From Phyllobates terribilis (taxonomy: Eukaryota), in the NCBI RefSeq assembly GCF_046119375.1, contig NW_027362761.1, forward strand, positions 278,256,001 to 278,320,000: DNA of 64,000 nucleotides. The letters run 5' to 3'. The notes beneath the pieces are model-generated. The model searched no databases. It saw nothing but the letters and a program-made list of their open reading frames with translations, and was not told the origin of the DNA. Positions 35,431-47,711 of the stretch are shown here, piece by piece; the stretch's first letter is position 1; every line of letters begins with the position of its first letter. The position numbers were made by a program, and so were the translations under genes.

Positions 35431-37255
35431 TCTGTATGGAGTTGTTCAATAAAGGGCCCAAAATTAAGATAACATAGATGGGAGAGGTCTCTATGAATAG
35501 GAATTCCTAAGTATTTGATACTCTGTGAGGGCCAGGCAAAGGGAAAGTTGGACTGGATGGAATCCTATATGGATTTGGGGAGGGAGACATCGAGGGCCTC
35601 AGACTTCGCTGCATTGATTTTAAAATTTGACCATGTAACAAAGTGATCTATTTCAGCCATAACAGCATGGATGGATATATGTGATTGAGTGATATATACT
35701 AGGACATCATCAGCAAATAGAGAGCACTTGTACTCGGTGCCTCCCACCTCAATCCACCTAATATTGGGGTTATGGCGAATTGATGAGAGCAGGTGCTCCG
35801 TCACTAGGATGTATAAGAGAGGGGACAGAGAACATCCCTGCCTTGTCCCATTGGTGATTGTGAAAGGTGATGAAAATGTTCTGACGCGCCCCCTGGTCCT
35901 TGGGACACCCGGAGCCGGACCCTTTTTGGTGGATGCTGGTGGTTGTAGTCTCCGTGGCGGCAACCCGGTTCCGTGGCTCAGGGCGGTCAAACCAGTGGCG
36001 GAACTATTTATGTGGTTTTGATGTTTAAATGTCTGACTACGCCACCCGTGGATTGCGGTCAGAGTGAACCGCCGCTCCAGGGCAGACCGCTGAGGCTGGT
36101 GTTGTGGGTGCAGCAGAGCGTAGCATAACTCCCCACGGGAGGAGTATAGCCTCAGGGCAGTGTATGCGGAGGATGGGGGTGATGGTGCAGGGCAGCAGCA
36201 GTAATGACACGGAGTCAGTGATGCAGTCCAGGGCCTTTACTCACAGTTCTTATTATCCAGACCACGTCTGCAGGTAACGGCTGCCCACGTCGTACTGTGC
36301 TCACCAGGTGAGGGGCTCAGACAACTCCCAGATAACTTTGGAGCGCTTCACAGGAAGCTTTGTGTGTCCTTTGTCTGGCCTTTCTTACCAACCCTTCTGT
36401 CCGGCTGCCTCGGGCCTCCTCTTGGTAAACTTGGTGCCAGTTTCCCTGACCCTATGTGGTGCCTTCCTAGCGGGTGTAGCGAGGGGCTGCGCCACATAAA
36501 ATGTCACAGCCTCCTGTTTCTAGCTGAGGGTCGTTTCCTGCCTCCACTAGTTTCGGGGACCGGTCTCCCCCTTTGGCCTGACCCCTCCACGCAGGTGGAT
36601 TCTGGCGTGCGGTGGCGACTCGCCCGTCCGCACCCCTGAGATCCCTTCGTTCCTCGTTCCTGGAGCCTTCTCCGCTCCTCTTCCTTCCTTCTCCCTCTTC
36701 CAGGCCTGGGCCTCTGTTACTAGGCCCGCCTCCGGAGCAGAGCTCATGCAGAGCCCCTGCTCCCTGCCACTTCTGCTCAGACTTCTCTGCACTGAACTAA
36801 GATGGTGCCCACCTTTTATACTCCCTTCTCAATGCACCCAGGAACTGCTTCCTCCCTGCTCCTGCACTACAGGGTTCCCCTTCCTCAGTGTTCCCTCCCC
36901 CCACTCCAGCCAGGGACAGGGACTGTCGTGCCCATCTCAGGGGCATATTGGTCGCCCTGCCCCACGGCAATGTGGTGTAATGCATGCAGGTGTCGGGTCC
37001 TGATCCACACTACATCCTTACCTGAGAGTGAGATATCACACCTCTGGGTGAGGTGCAATACCTCTGTAGCAACCGAGCCCTCAGGGTGCTACAGTTCCAT
37101 TTATCTTCAGCCTAGGTGACGTATTGCAATACAGGGCCGTGATTTTGGCTATAAAAGGGTCCCCTAGACCCCTACCCCAAGCTTTTAAAGAGAATCATAT
37201 ATGGCGTGCCAGGAGACTCTATGGAATGCTTTCTCAGCATCCAATGAGAGTATCT
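35431..37255 (-). mobile_element. L1/Tx1-clade LINE RT fragment (split by a solo LTR), carried inside the hAT
   Basis: LSLDAEKAFHRVSW; LKINGTFSSPFTITNGTRQGCSLSPLLY; SLFADDVLVY; KYLGI. Confidence 0.88.
35882..37093 (-). mobile_element. Solo LTR (1.2 kb) inserted in the L1 fragment
   Basis: 4-bp TSD GTTC (35878-35881, 37094-37097); removing the element restores KING-TFSSPF. Minus-strand TG...CA termini and TATAAAA. Confidence 0.8.
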
Positions 37256-38485
37256 AATTACAAATTTTTAACTGCATCTAGCCCAGGAAATACTTTGTGC
37301 CTAGTAGCAGGGTCTGCTAGTCAGCGGATTATCCCGGCTGTTAAGCAAGCTACACCACCTGTAGTTTGGACACTTCATTTTTTCAAAGGAAATGCTTCGG
37401 GACCACGGGATACTCAGTGAAGAGCATCAGGAGGCACCCCAAGGCATAGGGGCTGGGACTGGCAGTAGGATGCCTTGCGGTGGACAGCCGAGCTCGATCC
37501 TTATAAAAGCTTTTTAACTGCAGCAGCTTTAGTGGACGCTACTGGAGCTGGAATTACGTGGCTGCTGGCATGAGACTTGCCCTCCAATAGATCCTTGTAA
37601 ATGGATTTAAAGTGTATTCATTCAAATTAGAGAGACAATTTAAATTAAAAAGCTTAGAGCTGCCTCCACCACAGGGGGGCTCGCTCGACCCACCAGCGGA
37701 CAGGCACCAGTATTTGGAGAGGGGGGCTGGCCGTCAGGGTTCACCGCGGCTCTGGCACAAACCCGGCGACACGGAGGTGGCACGGGCAGGAGCGGACTGG
37801 CCGTGTCGGCTTCTCACTTTTTGGATTTTAGAAGGGCATGACATGCCTATATCTGTGTCTCCCCCTCCTTTTACTCCTCCATCTCTTTTATTTTCGCATG
37901 ACTATATGTACTTGTCACTTTTCCATGTGTTAGTTATGTCTTCTGAGCAGTTTGTCAGCTTTTGGACACCTTTGAAGGTGTTTTCTATGTGTTTCTATGT
38001 GTTTTTGTTTGCCTGCCATTGGTTTTAACGGTGTTCGAAGGTGTTCGACGAACAGTTCGGCGAACACACGGGTGTTCGACGAACCGAACCGAACTCGAAC
38101 ACTACGGGGGTGGCTCAACACTATTCAAGACAAGAACATTTTTGACCAGGGGTGCCCAAACTTTTACATGCCACTATAACAGAAACCTATCTGCTTAGTC
38201 TGGACTTTTTCCATAGTCTGAATGTATAGACTATAACAGCAAATTGTCTGTGTAATTTGGTTTATCCCCATAAGAGACTGTCCTGGCTTCATTGCATGGA
38301 CTTGTTCCCCTTTAACAGCTATCCAGATATGTATTCTGGACCCCTTATAACAACTGCTCGTGTAGTGTAGGCTAACTAGTATTGCTTCACTTTGCTCTGA
38401 AAATATGTTGTGATACTACCATGATGCGTAGTATTACTGTGTGGATTTCTGTTTTTTTTTTTGCAGTTCCATATTTACAGGTTGA

Positions 38486-39125
38486 AGGGGTTGTACATCT
38501 TGGTGGACATTTTTTTTTTCTTCCCTAAATGGTGCTAGAAATTATTTTTGCATTTAGGTTTCATTAAAAATTCTGCACCGTTTACCTCCTATAACCTGTT
38601 TTGCAGCTTCTATTGCAGGCTGCAGGATGAGATAACGGGGTTGGCCGCATTATATTTATTTTATCAGACGTGTTGGGGATATGATTTTGTGGCACTTGCT
38701 ATTATATAGGTATGGCCGGTTCTACTCCTGCTCTTGTTACTGGAGCTTTACTCACAGACTGCACAGCTCTCTAGTCCATAAAATGTCTGCTATTGGCGGA
38801 ACATGTGACCAGACTTGTCCATCAACCTTGTCCAATTGAAAACCTCACCTGAGAAATCTGCTTTTCCATCGGACAAGGCTGATGGACAGGTCTAGTCATA
38901 TGCTCCTCAACTACCAGCCAGTTTATGGACTGGAGAGCTGTGCAGTGTGTGATAAAGCTGCACTAAAAGGAGAAGGAGGAGAACCTGTGACAGTGCAAAA
39001 CAGAGGTAATAGTAGGCAAACTGTTTAAAAAAATGTAACGAAACCCAATTGCAAAAATGTTTTTTTGCCCCAGCTGCATTCATTTAGGTAAAAAAAAAGA
39101 TTGTCCTCAAAAGTGGACATCCCCT
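38486..39125. mobile_element. T2/Kolobok-type MITE
   Basis: ttga/ttaa flanks; termini aggggttgtaca / tggacatcccct; internal inverted repeats. Confidence 0.65.
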
Positions 39126-39338
39126 TTAAGTGGTGATAACTTGATAAAGTGGTGATTTGTGAGGATGGAAAATAAATATTAAAATGTGTCATTTTAATAA
39201 GCTATCCTATGTAATTGCAGCATAATATAGATAAAGGTCAGTAGTCCTGATAGCCAAATAGCACGAAAATTGTTGTGTTACTTGGCTACTTCAAGCAATA
39301 AAAGAATATACCAGACGCATAGTTTATGAGTCCACTAC

Positions 39339-39592
39339 ATTTATTTATTTATTTTACTCGCTTATATAGCGCCATTAATTTTGCAGCACTTTACAGTCAT
39401 TATCATTGCTGTCCCCATTGGGACTCACAATTTAAATTCCCTATCATTATGTCTCTGGAGTGTGGGAGGAAACCGGAGAACCCGGAGGAAACCCACACAA
39501 ACACGGGGAGAACATACAAACTCCTTGCAGATATTGTCCTTGGTGGGATTTGAACCCAGGACGCCACCGCTGCAAGTCTGCAGTGCTAACCT
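39339..39592 (-). mobile_element. tRNA-derived SINE (V-SINE-like core, L2-type tail)
   Basis: Minus strand has a tRNA-like head (ggttcaaatccca box B), central gtgtgggtttcctccgggttctccggtttcctcccac domain and gcgctatataa tail. Confidence 0.8.
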
Positions 39593-39762
39593 CTGTAGTC
39601 CTTCCCTCTTTGTATGTCTGGGCCCTGACTGACAGGCTAATTTGTATCTATGTATACACAACAGCCAGACAATCACTTCTCTGAGAGATGAAGGGAGGCA
39701 GGAGGAGCGCTTTAAGTATTAAATCAGATCATTGAGGGAATATGAGGATAGGTTCTTTCTTT

Positions 39763-39990
39763 GTATTATTTAATTAACATATTTATATAGCGCCATCACA
39801 TTCTGCAGTGTTTTTATGGACATTATCATCACTGTCCCTACAATCTACATTTCCTATCAGTATGTCTTTGGAGTGTGGCAGGAAACCAAAGTACCCCGAG
39901 AAAACCCACGCAAACTCAGGTAGAACATACAAACTCCTTTGAGATGTTGTCTATGGTGGGATTTGAACCCAGAACCTTACTAAGCCACCC
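39763..39990 (-). mobile_element. Second, more degenerate copy of the same SINE
   Basis: Homologous to 39339-39592. Confidence 0.75.
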
Positions 39991-41403
39991 TATGATATTT
40001 AAAATGAATCACTAGCTATTAATAGTTATTGTAATATATTACACCAAAACTAAAGATTACAATTTTTTTCATAAGCATAAAGCTATAGTCAGAAGCCTTC
40101 CCTCTAGCCTTTATTGTGGCCTTCTCTAGTTAATGGAGGAGGCAGGTAGACTAATGTGATTCCATTTACATGAGTCTGCTAGTTTACTTTTCATTTCTAG
40201 AAGCAGGAAGATAGCCAACAAGGAGCTGCTTTTAGTGCTTTCATTACATTTTTTTTTCCTTTTTGCTTCTGTGAATGTGTAGAATAAAATCTCCAGTGTA
40301 TGAGCCAGGATTCATGTTAACAAGGCTTAGTTTAAGCCATTTAAAACTATCTATAAAGTGCCAAATATCATCGTTATAAAGTAAATAATAGCAACACTGC
40401 TCAAAAGGGAATATCACAGATTTTATAATACAATCCTTTAATGAAACGTTAGACTATGCCTCTGATTTTCATTTAGTTCTGCACATTTTTCAAAATACTT
40501 GTCATTAATGAGTTAAGCAAATGATGAAATATTTCCATGCATGTATAAGATCATTAAGTTCCTTTAACAGGAAGAATAAACAGACTTTCATCTAAATTTG
40601 CTGTGACCAAATTACAGTGGTAATTAAAGCAACACCAGGTCTTATCTTCATCCAGCAGCAAATTCATGAAACAGCCATTCCAATTGCAAGTTTTTAAGAT
40701 TAGCTTTGCTCTATGAGTTGTGTGACTTGAAATTTTTGAACTACATAACAAAGGGAATTATGGATTCACGCCATACAAAAGGCCACAGTTCATTGATGCA
40801 GTTTTGTTTTATTTACAAAGTAGGATTAAATCGTGCTTTATTATTAATAAAATATTATTTTAAGTAATTAACAAAAATATTCTTGTACTGTATATGTGAG
40901 CAAACCTATCCATCTTTATTGAGGATAATGTCGAATTCCTGAATGGCAAAATTCCAGAATGGTAAATAAGATAGTCATACTACAAAAATAACATTTACTG
41001 CATATCTATTTTATGTGTACAGCTCACAATTTTAACAGAGCTATGCTGCACACATATATAGTTCTCAAAAGAAAAAATATATATACACTTCTCAAACAAA
41101 TGTGAATCCATGAGAAGTGCTTGAATCATAATTATAGTTTAGCTGGAGAAGAAGAGACATACTAGAAAAAACTGTTGACGAAATCCAGCACTTAATTTCC
41201 AAATATAGATAAAACATTAATATTAATGCTAATATTAATGTTTTTATCTGTATTTGAAAATTAATTGCTGGCTTCTGTCAAAGTTTTTTCAAATACACAT
41301 ATATAGTTTCACTGTATAATACACTCCTATATTGCATATGTTGCAATATTGCATATATTGCTTGCATATATACACAGGTATATACTGTGTATTTATATAA
41401 ATA

Positions 41404-41725
41404 CAGGGTGGGCCATTTATTTGGATACACCTACACAAAGAGAAACTTGTAAATAACTCATGAAAGAATAGAGTTACGTTAAAACCAAGCACACCATTGT
41501 TTTTCTTATGAAATTCTCAATAAGTTTGATGTGTCACATGACCCTCTTCCCATTGAAAAAAATAAAGTTGGATCCAAAATGGCCGACTTCAAAATGGCCA
41601 CCATGGTCACCATCCATCTGGAAAAGTTTTTCCCCTCCCATATACTAACGTGCCACAAACAGTAAGTTGATATCACCAACCATTCCCATTTTATTTAGGT
41701 GTATCAATATAAATGGCCCACCCGG
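41404..41725. mobile_element. Tc1/mariner-type MITE
   Basis: TA-flanked TIRs cagggtgggccatttatttggatacacc / ggtgtatcaatataaatggcccacccgg. Confidence 0.8.
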
Positions 41726-41733
41726 TATATATA

Positions 41734-43296
41734 CACTGCTCACAAAAATAAAGGGAACACGCAAATAACACATCCTAGATCTGAATGAATTAAATATTCT
41801 CAACGAATACTTTGTTCTGTACAAAGTTGAATGTGCTGACAACAAAATCACACAAAAATCATCAATGGAAATCAAATTTATTAACCAATGGAGGCCTGGA
41901 TTTGGAGTCACCCCCAAAATTACAGTGGAAAAACACACTACAAGCTCATCCAACTTTGATATAATGTCCTTAAAACAATTCAAAATGAGACTCAGTATTG
42001 TGTGTGGCCTCAACGTCCCTGTATGACCTCCCTACAACACCTGGGCATGCTCCTGATGAGGTTGCGGATGGTCTCCTGTGGGATCTCCTCCCAAACCTCG
42101 ACTAAAGCATCCGCCAACTCCTGAACAGTCTGTGGTTGGTGGATGGAGTGAGACATGATGTCCCAGATGTGCTCAATCGGATTCAGGTCTGGGGAACGGG
42201 CAGGCCAGTCCATAGCTACAATGCCTTCATCTTGCAGGAACTGCTGACACACTCCAGCCACATGAGGTCTGGCATTGTCCTGCATTAGGAGGAACCCGCG
42301 GCAAACCACACCAGCATATGGTATCACAAGGGGTCTGAGGATCTCATCTCGGTACCTAATGGCAGTCATGCTACCTCTGGCGAGCACATGGAGGGCTGTG
42401 CGGCCCTCCAAAGAAAAGCCACCCCACACCATTACTGACCCATTGCCAAACCGGTCATGCTGAAGGATGTTGCCAGCAGAAGATCGCTCTACACGGCGTC
42501 TCCAGACTCAGTCACGTCTGTCACATGTGCTCAGTGTGAACCTGCTTTCATCTGTGAAGAGCACAGGGCTCCAGTGGTGACTTTGCCAATCCTGGTTTTC
42601 TGTGGCAAATGCCAAGCGTCCTGCACGGTGTTGGGCTGTGAGCACAACCCCCATCTGTGGATGTCGGGCCCTCATACCACTCTCATGGAGTCAGTTTCTA
42701 ACCATTTGTGCAGACACATTTGTGGCCTGCTGGAGGTCATTTTGCAGGGCTCTGGCAGTGCTCCTCCTGTTCCTCCTTGCACAAAGGCGGAGGTAGCGGT
42801 CCTGCTGCTGTTTTTTTGCCCTCCTACGGCCCCCTCCACGTCTCCTGGTGTACTGGCCTGTCTCCTGGTAGCGCCTCCAGGCTCTGGACACTACGCTGAC
42901 AGACACAGCAAACCTTCTTGCCACAGCTCGCATTGATGTGCCATCCTGGATGAGCTGCACTACCTGAGCAACTTCTCTGGGTTGTAGAGTCCGTCTCATG
43001 CTACCACGAGTGTGAAAGCACAACCAACATTCAAAAGTGACCAAAACATCAGCCAGAAAGCAATGGTACTGAGATGTGGTCTGTGGTCCCCACCTGCAGA
43101 ACCGCTACTTTATTGAGGGTGTCTTGATAATTGCCAATAATTTCCATCTATTGTCTATTCCATTTGCATAACAGCATGTGAACTTGATTGTCAATCAGTG
43201 TTGCTTCCTAAGTGGACAGTTTGATTTCACAGAAGTTTTATTTACTTGGAGTTATATTCTGTTGTTTAAGTGTTCCCTTTATTTTTTTGGGCAGTG
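41734..43296 (-). mobile_element. Tc1-like element (DD34E), disrupted
   Basis: TA-flanked TIRs cactgctcacaaaaataaagggaacac / gtgttccctttatttttttgggcagtg. Fragments 42691-43044 (HTH) and 42010-42432 (QDNARPH..34..NPIEHIW). Confidence 0.9.
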
Positions 43297-43369
43297 TATA
43301 TATCACAGCACATACACTTTACACACATGTATTCACATTACAAACATATAAACATACACGTGTTACAGA

Positions 43370-44820
43370 CACATGCAGCAATATGAATTTTTTTTAGATA
43401 GGTGTGAAAAAAATGTTGCATTCTAAAATAGAAGTGTTAATAGTTTATTTTTTTAATTAATAACATGCAAAGTAAATGAACAAAAGAGAAATCTAGATCA
43501 AATCAATATTTGGTGTGACCAACCTTTGCATTCAAATCAGCATCAATTCTTCTAGGTACATTGCACACAGTTTTTGAAGGAACTTGGTAGTGAGGTTGTT
43601 CCAAACATCTCGGTAAACTAACAACAATTCTTCTATGGATATAGACATGTACAAATCCTTTTCCCTCTCCATGTAATCCCAGACAGGCTGGATGATGTTG
43701 AGATCAGGGCTCAGTGGTGGCCATATCATCACTTCCAGGACCTCTTGTTCTTCTTTCAAATTTGGAGCCCGTCAGACAATTCTAAGTTAGTATTGCATAA
43801 TGGATAAGTATCTGTCTGTATTTCCCAGCATTGGGGACACCCTTAATCCTGACCACATACCCAACTTCATTAGCTGAAATGCAGCCCCAAACTTGCATGA
43901 AACTGCTACCACACATCACTGTTGCTGCATACACTCATTATGGAAACGCTGTCCAGCCTTTTGGCTTCTGCTGTAGTCAAATATTTCAGATTTTGACTTA
44001 TTAGTCCAGAGCACTTGCTGCTATTTTTCTGCTTTTCAGTTCCTATGTTTTCATGCTTAGTTGAGTCACCTGGACCTGTTTCCATGTCGTTTTGACCACA
44101 ATTCTACCATGTAGACTACTTTGGCTAGACTTCTGCGACCAGTAGATAGGTGTAGCTGGGTCCCACTGGTTGCTCTTAGTTATGAGTTGATGGGACTGCT
44201 GATTATCTTCTGCTTTCAAAAGGAAATAAGCATGAAGTTTCCTTGTCCCACCACTGTTTCTATGGTGGTAAACTTTGACTATTTCTTTGTGTACTAAATA
44301 CTGAGCATAACAGGCAGATACTTATCCATCATGCAGTACCATCAGGGAGGCATCTGATTAGCTTGAAATTTATTTTGCAGCATGACCACAAGTCCAAACA
44401 TACAGCCAATGTCAAGAAGAACTATGTTCAGTGTAATTAATAACAAGGAGTGATGATATGGCCCTCAAAGAGCCCTGATCTTAACTTCATCGAATCTGTG
44501 TGGAGTTACATAAAAAGACAGAAGGATTTGGGCAAGACTTCATCCACAGAACATTTGTAGTTAGTTCTCTGAGATGTTTGGAACAAATTCAAAGTTGAGT
44601 TCCTTTAAAAAAAATTGCAAGTGTACTTAGAAGAATTGATGCTTTCATTCTGTTTAGAAATCAAAAGAAGGTCAAAACCAAAAGTTGATTTGATTTAGAT
44701 TTCGCTTTTGTTCATTCACTTTGTATTTTGTTAATTTATAAAAAGTAAAGTCTTAATACTTCTTTATTTGAAAGCATTTTTACTTTGCAGCATTTTTTCC
44801 ACACCTGTCTAAAACAGTAC
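43370..44820. mobile_element. Two degenerate Tc1 relics in opposite orientation (~43370-44180 minus; ~44290-44820 plus)
   Basis: WPPLSPDLNII on minus; ccctcaaagagccctgatcttaacttcatcgaatctgtgtgg on plus; related 3' ends. Confidence 0.6.
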
Positions 44821-44980
44821 TATAAAGTAAAAAACTACTGAATGCTTCCTATTTACCATCTGTCCTCTAACACTAACCCTAATATTAGGCCCATACATCA
44901 TGTTCTGTAAAGATAACTTTTCAGTAGTTATCTCATTATCATTACAGATAGGATAACAAAGAAAGATAATACTATATCTC

Positions 44981-45252
44981 TTGTCTCAGACTGGGGTGCC
45001 AAAGGCCCACCAGTAACCAACTCCAGGATCCCACTTTTCAGCTTAATGCTAAAGTGTCATTATCCTCAATCACACATTTATATAACAATTAACTGGGTAG
45101 ATTATTAAATTAATAAGATTCTGCCTTTGTCTGTACATAGTGATTCAAGTATATAGCGCCAAGTATTACTTGTATACGAGGGTGGTGGCCCACTCTTGCA
45201 CAGGTGCCTACCAGAGGATTCTTCTGTTCTCCTGTGGGCTAGTCCAAGCCTG
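44981..45252. mobile_element. Small degenerate hAT-type MITE
   Basis: Candidate 8-bp TSD tatatctc/tgcatctc (6/8); right terminus gggctagtccaagcctg; left terminus degenerate. Confidence 0.45.
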
Positions 45253-45754
45253 TGCATCTCTATATACAGAGGATAATACTGGACCCACCATACATGTTCA
45301 CAGCTCACCTCCTCTCCCTCCTTGCTCAAAGACATCTATATGAAGCATGCCAAGAAAACTTTCCTATAGAAGTCAATAAACCATATCTAGACTAATGTTG
45401 CCTATTCCCATGTGGCTGATGTAAAGCAGAGCTCTGAATGCACTTAACAGCAGCCATCCCATAATCATGTACAAAAAATAGAAAAATAAATTCCACAATT
45501 AGAAAATAAAGGCAGATTTCATTTTTTATGAGAATCTGTGGATAAGTATTAAAAATATTAGCCGAGCAGAGTGAAACAGATAACAATTTGTTCCATTGCC
45601 AGTGGTAAATTATTTTTCTTGACACAAAATAAGACAAAATGAAAAATAGTCTTAGAAATGTTTAGGTTGGAATTGCAAACAGAATATGTCAGGTTTCAGT
45701 GGCATTTTTAAATGTTTCATTTAAAAACGGTCTGCAAACAACGTCCTATGAAAA

Positions 45755-46132
45755 ACAGAGGATTTGGGAATGTTTAGCTTGCAAAAGAGAAGACTGAGAG
45801 GAGACTTAATAGCTGTCTACAAATATCTCTGGGGCTGTCGCACTGTAAAGGGATCAGCTTTATTCTCATTTGCAGAAAAAGACTAGAAGCAATAGAATGA
45901 AACTGAAAGGGAGAATATACAGATTAGATATTAGAAAAAACTTTGTGAGGGTGATTAATGAGTGGAACAGGCTGCCATGAGAGGTGGTGAGTTCTCCTTC
46001 AATGGAAATCTTCAAACAGAGGCTGGACAGACATCTATCTGAGATGGTTTAGTGAATCCTGCATTGAGCAGGGGGTTGGACACGATGACCCTGGAGGTCC
46101 CTTCCAATGCTAACATTCTATGACTCTATGAT
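45755..46132 (+). mobile_element. CR1 LINE 3' end (5'-truncated)
   Basis: KRRLRGDLIAVYKY; tail taacattctatgactctatgatt; same family as 150-557. Confidence 0.85.
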
Positions 46133-47711
46133 TTCTTTAGCCTTTTTGTGATCATTAACCCCTTTTTGACGTTTGACCTAATAGTACGTCATGGAGACCT
46201 GGGCAGATTGGACCAATGACGTACTATTAAGTCATATGGCGATCGCACCCGCACACAAGCAGTGCGCGGCGATCGCAGCCAGGTGTCAGCTGTTTGTCAC
46301 AGCTGACACCCGGTACTATGTGCAGGGAGTGGTCCCTGAACATTAACCCCCTCGATGCTGTGATCGAAGTCGATCGCAGCATTGCTGGGGCAAGGGGTGG
46401 TGATCGCCGATACTCACCTCTCCTGCCGGCGTCCAGCGCTTTCTGCCGTGGCTCCCAGATGTTGCCATGATGACCCAATGTCGTCATGACAACATCCGGG
46501 TCACCAGACAGCAGGAAGATACTTTGGTCATGCGCAGTGCATGACCAAAGTATCTTCTCCCTCTACAGCAGTGACAGCCTGTATAGCACAGGGAGCTGCT
46601 GCTGCTCTCTATGCTATACAGGCGATCTGAAAATAAAATGTGAAAATACCATTGTGGGACAAGGTGTAAAAGTTAAAAATAATCATAATGTGAAAAAAAA
46701 TAAATTGTAAAAATATTAAAAAAAATGAAAAAAAATCCCCAAAAATAAAAATATATTGTACCCATAAATAAATATTATTGTGGAAAAAAACCCGATAAAA
46801 GTACCCATAGTATCGCCGCGTTCTGAACGACCTGTCCTATAAAACTGTCCCTTTAGTGAACACGGTAATAAAACAAAAAAGAAACAAAGCAAAAAAACAT
46901 GCTTTATCATCATACTGCCAAACAAAAAATGCAATAAAACGTGATCAAAAATACGAATGCAAATAATGGTACCGCTGAAAACGTCATCTTGTCCCGCAAA
47001 AAACAAGCCACCATACAGCTCCATCGGCCGAAAACTAAAAAAGTTATAGGTCTCAGAATAAAGCGATGCCAAAAAAATATTTTTTCTATAAAATAGTTTT
47101 TATTGTGTAAAAGCGGCAAAACCTAAAAAAAAAAATATAAATATAGTACCGCTGTAATCATACTGACCCAAAGAATAATGCTGCCTTATCAAATTTTACC
47201 ACACGCGGAACGGTATAAAGAAAAAAAAAACATCAATTCCGGAATTTTTGGCTTTTGTTTATTCTCCCTCCCAAAAATCGCAATAGAAAGCAATCAAAAA
47301 ATGTCACGTGCCTGAAAATGGTACCAATAAAAACGTCAACTTGTCCCGCAAAAAACAAGCAGTCATATGACTCTGTCGGCCGAAATACGGAAAAATTATA
47401 GCTCTCAAAATATGGTGATGCAAAAACTAGTCTTTGCAAAAAAAAGCGTCTTTTAGTGTGTGACAGCTGTCAATCATAAAACCCGATATAAATCTGGTAT
47501 CTCTGTAATTGCACTGACCCAAAGAATAAAGCGGTCTAATCACTTATACCGCACAAGGAACGGCGTAAAAAATAAACTCTGGGGTTAGGGTTAGGGTTGT
47601 GCTAGGGTTAGGATTGGGATTTTTTCGAAAGTGAAGAAAACAAATGGCGACGATATGGCGACTAGTGAGCGCAAGTGCTCGCTACTTGAGTTTGCATCGG
47701 GTGCTCGGGTA

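Larger units (their letters stand above)
25747..38123 (+). mobile_element. Composite hAT DNA transposon, 12,377 bp (copy 1)
   Basis: Perfect 8-bp TSD TTCAAGAC (25739-25746, 38124-38131). Imperfect TIRs tagagatgagc / gctcaacacta. Subterminal gttcg/cgaac motifs. Internal transposase ORF. Confidence 0.95.

Noticed and set aside
37612-38028. 138-aa ORF mirrored at 56454-56870
   Set aside because: Lies in hAT subterminal non-coding sequence, has no known motif, and is duplicated passively.
39540-39592. tRNA-like box B sequence
   Set aside because: It is the head of a SINE with V-domain and tail, not a tRNA gene.
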